Shown here: one piece after another, positions 51,340 to 64,000 of the stretch
How the letters are laid out: every line of letters begins with the position of its first letter
How positions within the stretch are numbered: the first letter of the stretch is position 1
DNA from: Camelus ferus
Lineage: Eukaryota
DNA: 64,000 nucleotides
Assembly: GCF_009834535.1 (NCBI RefSeq)
Contig: NC_045697.1
Location: 42,348,001-42,412,000 of the forward strand
Direction of reading: 5' to 3'
Notes under the pieces: generated by a model
What the model was told of the DNA's origin: nothing
Databases searched by the model: none
Seen by the model: only the letters and a program-made list of their open reading frames with translations
Made by a program: the position numbers and the translations under genes

Positions 51340-53340
51340 TGCCTTTTTTCTCCCCACTTGATTGATAACATAGCTAAGCATAGAATTCCAGATTGGAAAA
51401 CATTTCAATTAGAATTTTGAACATGTCACTCCATTATCTCCTAGCATCCAGTGTTGCTCATGAGAAGACATCTGCAATTTTAAATTCTGGTCAATTTTTT
51501 TTCCTCAACAGAAACTTCTGGGAGTTTCTCTTTGTTCCCAGTGTTTTGAAGTTTCATAATGATGTATCATAACATGAATCCTTTCCTCATCCTTTGTTCT
51601 CAGTGGTCCCTATCAATCTGGCAATTTGTATCTTTCAAATAAAATATATTTTCCTGATATATAACCCCAATTGTTTATTCCCCCCATCTTCTCTTTTCTG
51701 TTTATTCTATTATCTGGACAGAGGATCTCTTGAACTTACTTTAAAATAGTTGAGAAAGTATAAGTATAAGTATCTCAACCTCTTTGTTTTATTCATAAAA
51801 TTTCCTCAAATATACCTTTCATTTTATTGAATTTTTAATTTCTGATTCCATAGTTTTTATTTCTAAGAATTCTAGTTTGTCTACTCAATGCCCTTTTTTT
51901 GTTTCATGTAAGGAATATATTTTCCCCTCTATTTAGGGATATTAATTACAGCTTTCTTATTTTTCTTTGCTCTTTACATTTTTTTTCCCCTGTGTTCTTT
52001 ACTTATACTTATTCGTGTTGGCCTCTGCACGTTAAGAAGCTGCCTCAAATGTCTATCAATCCTTGCTTGCCTGTTCTTTTTAAGCATGAGACACTAAAAG
52101 GCTGAGAGGATGTTCTGTGTGTAGGTGGGACTTGCTGACTGCTTCACTGATGTGGGTCAGTGGTGCCATTTCACGGGGCCTCCAACAGGCAACATCTGTA
52201 GACATCTTCCCTTGGACTGCTAAATTTCACCAGAGGGAAACCCTCCAATTCACCTACGAGTCCGGCAGTATTATCAGAGCTGATTTAGGAAATGAGGGGA
52301 AGGGAATGCCATTGTACAGTATGTAGATTTTAATTTAATATATTTGTTTTCTGTATGTTTCCCCTGCTTTCAGTTGAGCCTAAGTCCAGAGTCTGTTTGA
52401 TTCAAAGTCTGTGGAAATTAAACCTCTCATTTGCTATGAGCATGGAGAAGGGGCTCAGCAAACTGCTGGAGGGGACCAAGGGACCTAACTGTTTTTATAC
52501 AGACTTTCAACCAATCCTCATATTTTCACCCCTTCTTGTACCCACTCTCTCTTTTCAACACAAGTACCTGAAATTCCTAAGCCTTTCTAGGGCTTGTGGC
52601 AGACTAAGCTGACCTCTGTGTTTCCTTCACTGCTAGCTTGGATGGCAGATTCCTCTTGTCTTCTTCATCTGTTATTATTCATATATATAGGTAATATAAA
52701 GATGGTCATAAATTTTTTTGCCTCATTTGTTCTATAGAGACTATTACTTTGACAAATAAAATATAGCAGAAATGGAACAGTGCCAGTTGTCGGACCCAGG
52801 CCTTACAGAGTGACGTCTCCATATCTGGTCTCTTGGACATTCATGGTAGGTGCTCTGAGGTAAACAATCCAACCGCCCTGCAGGAGAGGCAACATGGAAG
52901 GCCCAACTGAGACCACATGGCAAAGGAAAGAGACCCAGCTGAGCCTTAGCTGCCACTGCTAAGGTGCATGAGTAAAGTACCTTGGCTAGTCCAGATCAGC
53001 CCTGCTGCCAGATAAATACCCTTGAGAGATCACAGTCATGCTACATGAAATGGAAAAATCACCCAACTGAACCCTGCCCAAATTTTTGAGCATAAAAAAT
53101 TGTGAAGTGTGATAAAACAGTTGTTGTTTTAATCCATTAACTTCTGAGATAGTTAATAGCTCTGCAGCCATAGATAACCAGAACAATCTGCTTTCCCCTT
53201 CCAAACTATCTTGTAGTTTTCCCTTCTCCTGGTCTTCTTGTCCTGGGGGCTTATGACTTTTGTTTATAATTTCAACAGAGTTTTCAGTGGAGGTAACAGT
53301 GAATGCATATATACTATCTACCATGCTTACAGGGAAGTTG
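51340..53340 (-). mobile_element. Ancient L1M/HAL1-type ORF1 and 5' region, antisense, interrupted by MLT1
   Basis: gcatagaattccagattggaaa...ctccattatctcctagcatccagtgttgctcatgagaag is antisense ORF1 end; pyrimidine-rich continuation. Confidence 0.55.
52690..53185 (+). mobile_element. MLT1G/H-like MaLR LTR
   Basis: aagatggtcataaatt...aatcacccaactgaaccctgcccaaatt...gttgttgttttaatccattaa...gcagccatagataaccagaaca. Confidence 0.7.
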
Positions 53341-54286
53341 CCTCATTTATTCTTTCATCTCTTTTATATTCTAAAGTCTGACTTATTTTTGATATATTTC
53401 ATCGTCAGGTTTTTGTTAGATTTTTTTAAATCTGAAGGGAAATTCTGACGACATAAGCTATCCCTTCCATTAATTATACTTCCACAAACAAAATTCTGAT
53501 AAAACAATTACATTCCTTCTGGTCTACCAACACATCTGCAATACTAAGATTGAGCTATATTTCTAATAAAGTTTAGCATTCATTATTTTTCCCTAAAAAG
53601 CCTATGACAGATAACAGCAATGAATTTAATGCCACATGTCAACTCATTTTACAGAACTAAAGAGACTGTCCTTTTTGAAAATCTAGTTATAGAAATGTCT
53701 AATCTCATCTTTTAGCCCTATTCCTAACAGGATCCATCAGCACATGGTAAAAATTGGATCAAACGCATGCTTTCTGACATGCACTAGCAGCCAGCAAGCT
53801 CATGCATTCGTGTGTGAAATACACCCAGCATTTCAAATAGACAGAGATGCCACTTGAGAAGGAAACACACCAGTGACTGGGATCCCAATCACTCCTGCAC
53901 CCCAACCCAAATTGTAACACGTGATCCTCTTTAGGAGCAGGACATTAGGTGGGAGTATAACCAATAACAGATGCTCTGACTGCTATTTCCCTGGAAGTAG
54001 GCATGCCACTGACATATGGCTAAACAGCAATTACAGTGATTTAGGGATTTATACGAGTCAGTGACTCCTGCTACCATAAGCCTGATTGTAACAGAGAATC
54101 AGGGAGTCGGGGAAGAGGAAGGAAGGATAACCCTAGATTTGTCTGTATTTCTAGGTGGGTGCTCAATAGACATCAGTTCCCTGCCCTATTCTTTTGTCCC
54201 CGGCGTGGAGCTATCTGATGAACCCCATAAATGGAGCCAATTCAAGAAAAGGGAAAAAACAATGATTCTGGAGAGTGTGCTGTAGT

Positions 54287-54447
54287 CCAGAGCTTCTCAA
54301 ATACACTGTGCATACAAATCACCTAGGACTTGATCAAAATGCAGATTCTCATTCAGTGGATCTCATTGGTGCTGAGATTCTCCACTTCTAACAAGATCGA
54401 AAGTTATGCGAGGGCTGCAGGTCCACAGAACACACTTTGATAAGTAA
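54287..54447. mobile_element. MER5A-like MITE
   Basis: cttctcaaa...aatcacctaggacttgatcaaaatgcagattc...tctaacaag...gctgcaggtccacagaacacactttga. Confidence 0.75.
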
Positions 54448-54612
54448 GACCATAGCCAGTTGTTTACACATCTCTTTTCCCTCAATAAATTTCAGAACTT
54501 ATCCTCCCAGTGTACCAACAAAATTCAAAAAAGGTTTTGCTGAAAGTTTAGGGCAAAATACCACAGCATAGCATCTCAAAAACTAAACGTGTATGTATCC
54601 CTAAATATCTTA

Positions 54613-54715
54613 GTTTTTTTAATTGAAGTACAGTCAATTACAATGTGTCAATCTCTAGTGTACAGTACAATGTCCCAGTCATGCATATACACACATTATT
54701 ATTTTGATATGCTTT
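54613..54715 (-). mobile_element. Short camelid L1 3' end, antisense
   Basis: ttttttaattgaagtacagtcaattacaatgtgtcaatctctagtgtacagtacaatgtcccagtcatgcatatac is the reverse complement of the 3' end type at ~1195-1262. Confidence 0.75.
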
Positions 54716-55134
54716 TTTGAGCTTTATAAAAATGTTATCATCTAGGATATAATCTTCTGAGACTTGCTTTTTTCCTTCATGTTTGTAAAATGTCCATACA
54801 GTCACAACTCAACAATAAAGATAACGTTCTGATTCTTAGGCTGGCTGATAAGTCCACAAGTGTTCATTTTATTATTATAGTTCAAAAATTAAACATCACT
54901 ATATGTTCTTTTATATGTACCAAGAATTACTTTCTAAAAAACATTTTAACTAAACAGTTGGTACTGCCATTGTTAAAATGCCTACAGAAATGTCTTATTT
55001 CTGATCATCCCTTCCACAGAGTCCCATTGAAGATCACATTATCGGATTCCAATCTCCCTCCCTCTCTCCTCTCATTTGCTTTCCTTTAATTAAAGCTCTT
55101 AACCTTTCAATCCCTATTACTGATTTTTTCTACA

Positions 55135-55550
55135 TAACATTAACTTGTGACAGACAGTCCCAATATCTCAGCAGTTTTATACAATAATACAATATTCTTG
55201 CTCTTATTAAATTCAGAGCTAAAGTTCCCAGCCAGGAGATCTCCTGGGCAGCTCCTCTAAGCAGCAGTCGACTCAAGATCAGGATATTTCCATTGTGTGT
55301 TCCACCGTCTCAAAAGCCTTCCTTTCCTGCTATGTGGTTAGGGGGAAAATTGAGGAAGATTGCATAGGGACTTTTATGGCCAGGACTGGAAGTGGTATAT
55401 ATCACTTCCACTCACATTCCATCGGAAGACCTCAGTGACACAGTCCCTAAACTCAAGGGGATAATGGGAAATATGTTTTCTTGTGTGCCCGGGGTAAAAG
55501 TAAAATAATTTCATGAACTAAAATAAAAAAAATTACTCGTGTTCCCTGCC
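55135..55550 (-). mobile_element. Old MLT1 (J/K-like) LTR
   Basis: tttatggccaggactggaagtggtatatatcacttccactcacattccat...gggaaatatgttttcttgtgtgccc. Confidence 0.6.
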
Positions 55551-55717
55551 ACCATGCATAAGTGCTTAAAAGCTAAATTCTTGGTAAAATTCATGAAATG
55601 AATTGTTATGGGTAGTTATCCATGAAAAGGAAAATAATTTGACTTCATACACCTGGCTCCTGAGTAGCTGCAAAATATTTTGAAGCTCCATTTTGTTTTA
55701 TTGGTTAAAAAAATTTG

Positions 55718-56165
55718 CCTATATACCTCTTAAATATTTCAAGTTCAGTTCCAGAACTGCAATAAAGCAAATATCACAATAAAATGAGTCACATGAGTGT
55801 TTTGGTTTTCCAGTGCATATAAAGTATGTTACACTATACTGTAGTCTATTAAGTGTACAATAGCATCATGTCTAAAAAAAACAAAGCAAATACCTTAATT
55901 AAAAATACTTTATTACCAAGAAATGTTAGTCATCATCTGCGACTTCAGCAAGTCATAATCTTTTTGCTGGTAGAGGGTTTGAAATACTGCAAGAATTACT
56001 AAAATGTGACACAGAGACATGAAATGAGCAAATACTGTTGAAAAAATGGCACTGATAGACTTGCTTGATGCAAGATTGGCACAAATCTTCAATTTGTAAA
56101 ATTAAAAAAAATGCAGTATCTGTGAAGTGCAATAAAGCAAAGCACAATAAAATGAGGTATGCCTA
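55718..56165 (-). mobile_element. Second internally deleted Tigger1 derivative
   Basis: Aligns by eye with 25789-26546 at both ends; ends gcaataaagcaaagcacaataaaatgaggtatgcct. Confidence 0.88.
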
Positions 56166-56433
56166 TCATTGAAACTCAATCAAATATTCATCGAGGACTA
56201 CATTAGGGCCTTTGGGTAATACGAAAAGGAAATCATAATCCCTGTTTTCTGAAGGCTTATACTCCAGTTAGGAAGAAAAGGCACTAGCTGTGCAACGATT
56301 TATAATCTAAATATCAATTTTAAAATAACATAAGACTGATTGCCAAATGATTGTTGCAGATTTATGGAATGTAAGTTTGATAAGGAAATGGTAAATTATG
56401 GCTAGGGAAATTTGGAAGAGTTTAAAAAGTTAC

Positions 56434-56434
56434 A

Positions 56435-56466
<32 letters not shown>

Positions 56467-56489
56467 TAGATAGGTAGATGGATAGATAT
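56434..56489. repeat. (GATA)n/(GACA)n microsatellite
   Basis: Read directly from the sequence. Confidence 0.9.
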
Positions 56490-57814
56490 AAAAGAACCTT
56501 TTCTCCAAGAACTACAAGGCACTCTTGCAATGCACAGAAGACTACAGACAGAAATTAACATATTTTTATTTTATTAGCTTGACCTATGCTGCCATAGGCC
56601 CATTTATCCTGTGGCTCATCTCCTAGTATAGTTTATGCTCCAGTAAAAATAAGATACTATAATGTCCTACTCTAACTGTTATTCTTCCAGTTTATGTTTA
56701 AAATGCCCTTGGTAATAAGAAAACAGGCAGGTTCATTTATCCCTTAGGGCCTCTAAATTCAGTAGACAACATCCTGTATTGCCCTTAAAATTAATCACAT
56801 CCTACAGTATCTCAAAATGAACTTTAGCAAATAATGCAGCTGTGATAAAATTTGCATACCAATCTACAGTGTATTCAAAGCTTCTATTTCCCCCATGTCA
56901 GCATTTCTCTCCTAAATGAGATTGTGTATATCTGATAAAAGCAAAGGTGAAGTGCACAGCAAGGAATGTCAGCCTTAATAAAAGGAACATATATGTGACT
57001 TTTTCTTGTCCTCTGGGACCACGGTAACAATGTTCAAGCAGATGGAGACACTGCAAGTTGCAGTTGCTATTTGGGGCAGGACACCTAGGTTATCTAGCAA
57101 GATCAGATTTTCTCTTACTGGCAGTTTCATAACAGGATGATGGATCCATTTAGAACTACTGAAGGGAAAAGTTGTGGCTCATGTTCATCAAAATCAATAT
57201 CACTCCAAATTCTAAGACAGAGGGACTAGCCTAAGAAAAAAACCCAAAGGAAATCCACCCTAACCTTTCGCTGACCTCTCCCAGACCATGAGAACTCTTT
57301 TCTCCTGCTCCCCATTACAAGCACCTGATAGTCTCCAGTTCCCTTCCTCTATCAAAATGCTCCCTTAGAAAGAGGTCTGCCACTATCTGTATCCGAGTGA
57401 TGTACTTTTCAAGGAGGAAGAAGGAAGAATGTAGAGCAGCTGCTGGGAACAATGTGGCTACAGATAGTGTCTCAGAGTAAAACTCTGGCCACGCACCGAG
57501 AAAGTACGCTTGATTCAGAGTAGAAGACTTTCATACTGAAACAAACACACAAACAGAGTAGAATCTACTTTTAAATTAATTCTAAACATATATTCTCAGA
57601 TTAGGGCAGATTGGCTTCTGGATCCAAATCACTGTTACCTCCAACTCAGGTCTGGATGTATGTATTTATCTTACTCTACTCTGATGATACTTAGGTGGAA
57701 AAGTTTGAGAAGCACTGTCTTCATAATTGTACTATGTTTGGATCAATTTAATTTTCAGTCCACTCATTACTTTCCAGTGAGTCAAGAAGCAGATGTTGTT
57801 ATTTACTTATCTTA

Positions 57815-58007
57815 TATATAGGTAATGACTATGTGGCACAGGGAGCAATATTCAATACCTTGTAATAGTCTATAATGAAAAAGAATATGAAAAGAAAAGA
57901 TTTCTATACATATAACTGAATCACTATACTGTATACCAGAAATTAATTCAACATTGTAAACCGACTATATTGCTATTACATAAGTAAATTAACTAACATC
58001 AAAAAAA
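57815..58007 (+). mobile_element. Short L1 3'UTR fragment
   Basis: gcacagggagcaatattcaataccttgtaatagtctataatgaaaaagaatatg...ccagaaattaattcaacattgtaaaccgactata. Confidence 0.8.
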
Positions 58008-59391
58008 GAGAGAGAAGGAGATCTGTGTAGAAAGCTCTCTTTTCCATAGAGCAATGCTTCTTGTCTTTTTTCTGCATGAAGCTGGGGATAAGACACCCTT
58101 CAATGAGTAATACAGAGATTGATTCTCAGCAGAATATCAGAATATTGGCAGAAAGTTAATTCTGATCTGCATGTAAAGTCTGCTCTCTGTAAGTGAAGTG
58201 CTGTACAATCATTAAGAAACTTACGTATGTTTTAGGTTGGGAAAAGGAAAGACAGTGAATAGTCCATTGTAACATAATACAACAATCAAAATTTATAGAC
58301 CTTTGAAAAAACAATAAAATATGTCTGAAAATCAAAAGAATAAAAAAAAATTAAAGCAGACCCTGGGATGATTCCAATATTGGAATTAGCAGAAAGGTTC
58401 CCTTATAGTCTTCAGGCATCACCATTCCTGTCTCAACCCAGCCACAAATGAGTCATATGGGAGACCAGGAAACACAGCCTACACGGCTCAGACCCCAGCA
58501 TACAACACAGAGCAGGGTATGAAGGAGAAGGAATCTGAGGACAGATAGTCTGGGACCAGTAAAGAAATCATACAGAAAAGAACTATAGAAAGAACATAGT
58601 TCTTTAGGTTTGGCAAGCGTGAAGTCAGGAACATTCTTACTAGCAGTAAGAGGACCACTGATGTGTCGTATCCCCACCACTAATGGTTTAAAAGGTAGAG
58701 AAAGGCCTGCGGTTTCTCATCTCCTCTGAACTGAATTTTTAAATTCCCTATAGATAGCATTGATCACCGGTAGCAGCACCTTAAAGAACAAGGGAGGCAT
58801 CAGGCATGCATCCGTGTACTTTTCTTATGGACAAAATTTACACAGTGGTTTGCTAGGCAATCAAAGTGAAAGTAACCATGAGCCATTTCTATCATTGCTC
58901 TTTTGAGTCCTGATCTAATACCAACTTTCATACCCTTGCCTAGCTCAATTTCTCTCTTTACTGACCCTTCGCTACTCGTTTATTCGTTTGTTTTTCTCTT
59001 CCATCTTCACCTTGCCCGTTAGCTTTCTTCCTCCTTAAGACTTTGTCTTGTCAAATAAGAACTCTTCCTTGAACTGCATCTTGAAATTTCCTTCCTGTCT
59101 TGTCCTGATCCCTGCCATGCCAATGCTTCCCTTGGATATCATTCCACAGGCTCTCCTCTCACTGGTTTTCCTGGCCTCAAAGGTGGAGCAGACCACTTTT
59201 TAAAGACATCTGTATCAAAAGGGAAATAATAGTGCAATCAACCAACCACCTTAAGCTAAATTTCAGGAATTTCTGGCTTCGATGTGTTCTAAACAACTCA
59301 CCCATTAAAAAAGAAGGACATTTTGTCATTTGTGACCCTTCATTCACTTTTTTTTTTCACTTCAAAAGCTAGAATTTTATAACTGGCAGAG

Positions 59392-59673
59392 ACATTTCCA
59401 TTACATCAAAAACAACAAAATACTTAGAAATAAACTTAACCAAAGAGGTTACCTATACTCTGAAAATCAAAATGACACAAAGAAATGGAAAGATTTCTTG
59501 TGCTCTTGGATTGGAAGAATCAACACTATCAAAATGGCCACACTACCCAAAGCAATCCACAGATCCAGTGCAACCCCCATCAAAATACTCATGACATTCC
59601 TCACAGAACTAGAACAAACAATTCTAAAATTTATAAGGAGCCACAAAAGACCCCGAACAGCCAAAGCAATCTT
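59392..59673 (+). mobile_element. Internal L1 ORF2 fragment just downstream of the RT core
   Basis: ORF 59498 reads [57 protein letters not shown], a typical ORF2p segment. Confidence 0.9.
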
Positions 59674-59679
59674 CTGCAG

Positions 59680-61665
59680 GTCTTTTTTTTTTTTTTTTTT
59701 TTTTTCCCTCTTTCTTCTTTTTGTTCTCTTTTCTTATGGTTTGATGACTAGAGAAGTTCCTTTAACATTTGTTGTAAGGCTGGTTTGGTGGTGCTGGAAT
59801 CTTTTAGCTTTTGTTTATCTGTGAAGCTTTTGATTTCTCCATCAAGTCTGAACTAAAGCTTGCTGGATAGAGTATTCTTGGTTGTAAAATTTCCCCTTAC
59901 ATCACTTTAAGTATGTTGTGCCACTCCCTTCTGGTCTGCTGAAAAATTAGCTGATAACCTTATGGGAGTTCCCTTGTATGTTATTTGTTGCTTTTCTCTT
60001 GCTAATTTTAATATTTTCTCCTTATCCTTAACTGCTGTCAATTTGATGACTGTGCCTTGGTGTGTTTCTCTTTGGGCTGATTTCTGTTTGGTACTCAGTG
60101 CTTCCTGGACTTGGGTGACTGTTTCCTTCCCCAAGTTGGGGAAGTTTTTGGTGATTATTTCTCCAAAAATTTTCTCAGGTCTTTTCTCTCTCTCTTCTCT
60201 TTCTGGGACCCCTCTAATGTGAATGTTAGTGAGCTTCACATTGTCCCAGAATTCTCTTAAATTATCCTCATTTCTTTTCAGTCTTTTTTCTTTTTTCTGT
60301 TCTGAAGTAGTGATTTCCCTAACCTGTCTTCTAGCTCACTGATCCGTTCTTCTGCCTCATTTAGTCTATTCTTGGTTCCTTCTAGTGTGTTATTCATTTC
60401 AGTGATTTTATTCTTCAACTCTGTTTGGGTAGTCTTTATATTTTCCTACTCTTTGCTAAAATCTTCACTCTGTACATCTATACTCCACTTGAGTTCTCTG
60501 AACATCTCGGCTATCATCACTTTAAACTCTTTCTCAGATAAATTGCCTATCTCCTCATCACTTATTTCTTCTTCTGGGATTTTATCTTGTGCCTTGGCCT
60601 GGAAGATATTCATTTGCCACCGCATATTGTCTCTTTCTATTTTTATTTTTAAGTAAGTTAGTTACATTTCTCAACCTTGGCAAGGTGACCCTCTGTGGGA
60701 GACGTCCTATGCGTCCCAGCAGTACACTCTTCTCTTGTCACCCAAGGGTCAGGGTCCAGCCAGTCCCAGTGTAGAGTCTGGCCTGTGTTTGTGGATTCCT
60801 TCCACAGCCTTTGGGATTGTTGTTTTCTTATTTCTAGTATCTGCCCCTGGTGGATGAGGCTGGACTACAGGCTTATGCAGGGTTCCTGGCAAGAGGAGCC
60901 AGTGCCTGCCCACTGCCGGGTGAAGCTTTGTCCTGGACCTCTGGTCGGTAAGGCCATGTCTAGAGGCCTTTGTGGCTTAGGAAGTCGGCTGTCGGGTGGG
61001 GCTGTGTTCTCACCCTGTAGGTTGTTTGGCCTGAGGCTTCCCTACAAGCTGTTGGGTGGGGCTAGGTCTTGGTGCTGATGATCCAAACAAGATGTCAGCC
61101 TCCAGGAAAGCTCATGTAGATGAACACTCCCAGAATGTCTACCACCAGCTTTTATGACCCCTGGGTGAGCCACAGCCATCCCCCATGTCCCAGACCCTCC
61201 AAATCCATCAGACAGGCCTGGCCCAGGTTCCTATGAAATTACTGCCTCAGCCCTTGGACCTGGTGCACATGAGTTTACGTGTACACTTCCCAAGTGAATG
61301 AAGTCTCTGTTTCCCCCAGTCCCATGGGGCTCCCTAAGCCAAGCCCCCCTAGCCTTCAAAACCAGATGTCCTGGGGTCTCCTTTCTTCCCAATGCCAGAA
61401 CCCAAGCTCGGGAGCCTGACATGGGGCTTAGAGCTCTCACTCCTGGGGGAGGGCCTCTGCAACTTAACAAACTTTCAGCTTGTGGGTTGTCCACCTGGGG
61501 TGTAAGGGGCCCAATTATATTGCGAGCACGCCCATCCTACTGTCCTGTTATGGTTCCCTCTTTATGTTTTCAGTTGCAGGAGATCTTTTTGCTAGGTTCT
61601 AGTCTTTTTTTCAATGGTTGTTTAGCATTCAGTTGTGGTTTTGTTGTAGTCATGAGGAGAGGTGA
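59680..61665 (-). mobile_element. L1 5'UTR + ORF1, antisense, with no ORF2 or 3' end
   Basis: ORF 59907-60239 (-) NIHIRGVPEREEREK...KDKEKILKLAREKQQITYKGTPIRLSANFS is ORF1p; GC-richer 60700-61665 is 5'UTR-like. Confidence 0.9.
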
Positions 61666-61689
61666 CCAGAAAATCTACATTTACTTCTT

Positions 61690-61894
61690 CACAAAACTCT
61701 CTCTGCTTTCTTCCTATGAGGTCTCCTGTGATTACATTTGGGGCCTACCCACATAATCCAAGGTGATCTTCCCATCTCCAGATCCGTAACTTAACCACAT
61801 CTGCAAAATCCTTTTTACCATATAAGGTAACAGTCACAGGTTCCAGGGATTAGGACATGGATATCTTCGGCGGGGCCATTATTTGGCCTACCAC
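61690..61894 (-). mobile_element. MLT1B/C-like LTR, one half only
   Basis: gattacatttgggcctacccacataatccaagg...cacatctgcaaaatcctttttaccatataaggtaacagtcacaggttccagggattaggacatggatatct...gcctaccaca. Confidence 0.85.
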
Positions 61895-62599
61895 AACCAC
61901 TAGTATGTCATAAGAGAAAAATGCCAGGTGTCAATACCACCATGAAAGTACAATACTACAGTAACGATAAGAAAGTAACAAAAATAGTCAGTAAAACAGT
62001 TATTTTTTTAAAATAATTCTTTCATAATATTGATAAAGGCTTTTCATTGAATACATTTAAAGAGCTTCACAAATTTTTCATTAAACACCCAAGTGGGAAG
62101 GGCTTCATGAAAAGTCATTTTTCTTTTCACAGTTAGAAAAATCTCACCTCATCTACAAAAAGATTAACGCAACAATTTCTATGCAAACAAGGTTTAATTT
62201 AAATGAAACCATGGAGAAATCATAGTAGGTCAATACACACTGTCTAGAGTCCTAAAGATAATAACCTTTGTCCATGCCTTTGATTATAATTAATACAAAA
62301 ATAAGGTGGATATTATCAAAGTAAAGGCCACCAAGTAGCAACAGAAAGTAAACAAAGTTTGTAAAATATCATTCAAAGATGTCTTTCAGAAAATTGTTTA
62401 GGTAGTCATATTTTGTTTTTAAACTATATTCTTATTCTTATAGTCGGTCAGCTTGTTGGCAAAATATAGGTGCAAATTTTCATAATGGCATTAAAAGATA
62501 GATTTCATTAGCAATATTACCTGGGCTTCTACAAGGTAAAATATGCACCCTCTGTAAGAACTTGTCTAGCACTGTGAATAACAATCATCTCCAGAGTCA

Positions 62600-62785
62600 T
62601 AGGGCATATTCTGACTTAAGAGCTGTAGAACCTTTAACTCCTCTGTGCTTCAGCTTTTTCATCTATAAAGTAAGGACAGCACCTACAGCTTAAGGTCAAT
62701 ATGCAACTTAAATAATACAGAAAAAAAAATTACTTAGAGTAGTTTCTGACAAATAATACATCGCCAGTAAATTTCAGTTATTTTC
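62600..62785 (+). mobile_element. MIR SINE
   Basis: ctttaactcctctgtgcttcagctttttcatctataaagtaaggacagcacctac. Confidence 0.6.
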
Positions 62786-62937
62786 ATTTTCTCAGCTTTT
62801 GAATTCACCAGTTTAGTTTTTAAAAACATGAAAAATCTGGAATGACCATAAATTATTGACCTTAATAATCAGTCATAGTGAATTCATTTAAAGTGCATGC
62901 ACTCATCAAATTAGATCACAAAATTGACTATCTTAGT

Positions 62938-64000
62938 AATAAACACATAGATCAATGAAACAAAATAAAGGATCCAAAAATAGACTCACATAAATATGCT
63001 TACGTGATTTTTGACAAAGCTACAAGAGTAATTCAATTGATAGCCTTTTCAACAAATGATTATGCAGCATTTGTTCATCCATAGGCAAAGAAAAATAAAT
63101 CTTGATTTAAATGTTATACCTTACATAAAAATTAACTCAAAGTATGTAGTATATAAAAATTAATTCAAAGTAGATCATAGACTTAAATGTAACACTTGAA
63201 ATTGTAAAGCTTCTAGGAAAAAAATACACAGTAATTCTTCAGAATCTAGAGATAGAGTTCTTAGAATTGGTGCCAAAAGCATTATCCCTGAGAAGAAAAA
63301 CTAATAAATTGGATCTCATCAAAATTTAAAATTTTGCTCTATGAAAGCCCATGTGAAGAGGATATACAGATGGCAGAAAAGCACATGAAAAGACATTCAG
63401 CATCATCAGCCATTAGGGAAATACAAATCAAAACCACAATGTCATTTCACAACACACCTATTACAATGGGTAAAATAAAAAAGAGACAGCACCAAAGGCT
63501 AGCAAGACTGTGTTCAGAAACCGGATCATTCATACCTAGCTGGCAGGATGTAAAATGACACAGCCATTCTGAAAAGCAATTTGGCAGCTCCTTATAAACT
63601 AAACACTCAGCTACCATACAACCCAACAATTGTACTCCTAGGCCTTTATCCCAGAGAAGGGAAAATTTACATTTGCACAAAAACCTGTACATGATGTGCC
63701 TAGCAGCTTTATTTGTAATAGCCCAAAACTGGCACAGCCCAGACGTTCCTCAACAAATGAAAGGCTAAATAAATTGTGGGATACTACCAGAAATTAAAAA
63801 AAAAAAAAGAAGAAACCGTGCATACATTCAACAACCTGGATGAATCTCCAACAAATTATACTGTGTGAAAAAAAAAAACCCAATTCCAAAATCCAACTAT
63901 GATATGTACGATTCCAACTCTGTAACACTCTGGGAAAGGCAGAACCATGGAGACAGCAAAAGGATCTGTGGTTGCAGGAGGTGGGGAAAGGAAGGGATGA
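62938..64000 (+). mobile_element. Old L1 (L1MC/MD-like) ORF2 3' part + 3'UTR, running off the window
   Basis: ORF 63334 EDIQMAEKHMKRHSASSAIREIQIKTTM; 3'UTR gattccaactctgtaacactctgggaaaggcagaaccatggagacagcaaaaggatctgtggttgc. Confidence 0.85.

Noticed and set aside
60695..61756. GC-richer ORFs (127 and 152 aa) or a possible CpG-island promoter
   Set aside because: They lie in the antisense L1 5'UTR, CpGs are depleted, and I recognise no protein similarity.
1..64000. CRISPR array, operon or other prokaryotic/viral system
   Set aside because: No regularly spaced repeat-spacer structure or dense coding. The content is typical mammalian non-coding DNA.

Overview
AT-rich, repeat-dense mammalian genomic DNA, very likely from a camelid (alpaca/llama/camel), judged from three tRNA-derived Vic-1-type SINEs and camelid/artiodactyl-type L1 3' ends. 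No intact protein-coding gene is confidently visible, and nearly all listed ORFs are L1 fragments, antisense shadows of L1, or chance ORFs. The one recognisable gene-derived sequence is a frameshifted processed pseudogene of DPH3 (minus strand, CDS remnant 40836-41086). The rest is layered transposon debris: about 20 L1 pieces of several ages, L2, MIR, MaLR/ERVL LTRs (MLT1, LTR16), Tigger1/Tigger13, MER5/MER33 and a Blackjack-like hAT remnant. Several insertions keep clear mechanistic signatures: a 3' transduction, a twin-primed inversion with a duplicated junction, a tail-less L1 with a TSD, two L1s truncated at the same base, and three-level nests. In the non-repeat DNA I see a strong CTCF motif next to a candidate two-exon minus-strand 5' end (23.3-23.8 kb) and a candidate 24-nt microexon (4295-4318). 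With the + strand bias of young L1s, this suggests the window is intronic in a minus-strand gene I cannot name. Repeat subfamily names come from recalled consensus sequences and need RepeatMasker/Dfam confirmation. I found no evidence of a wholly new biological system.
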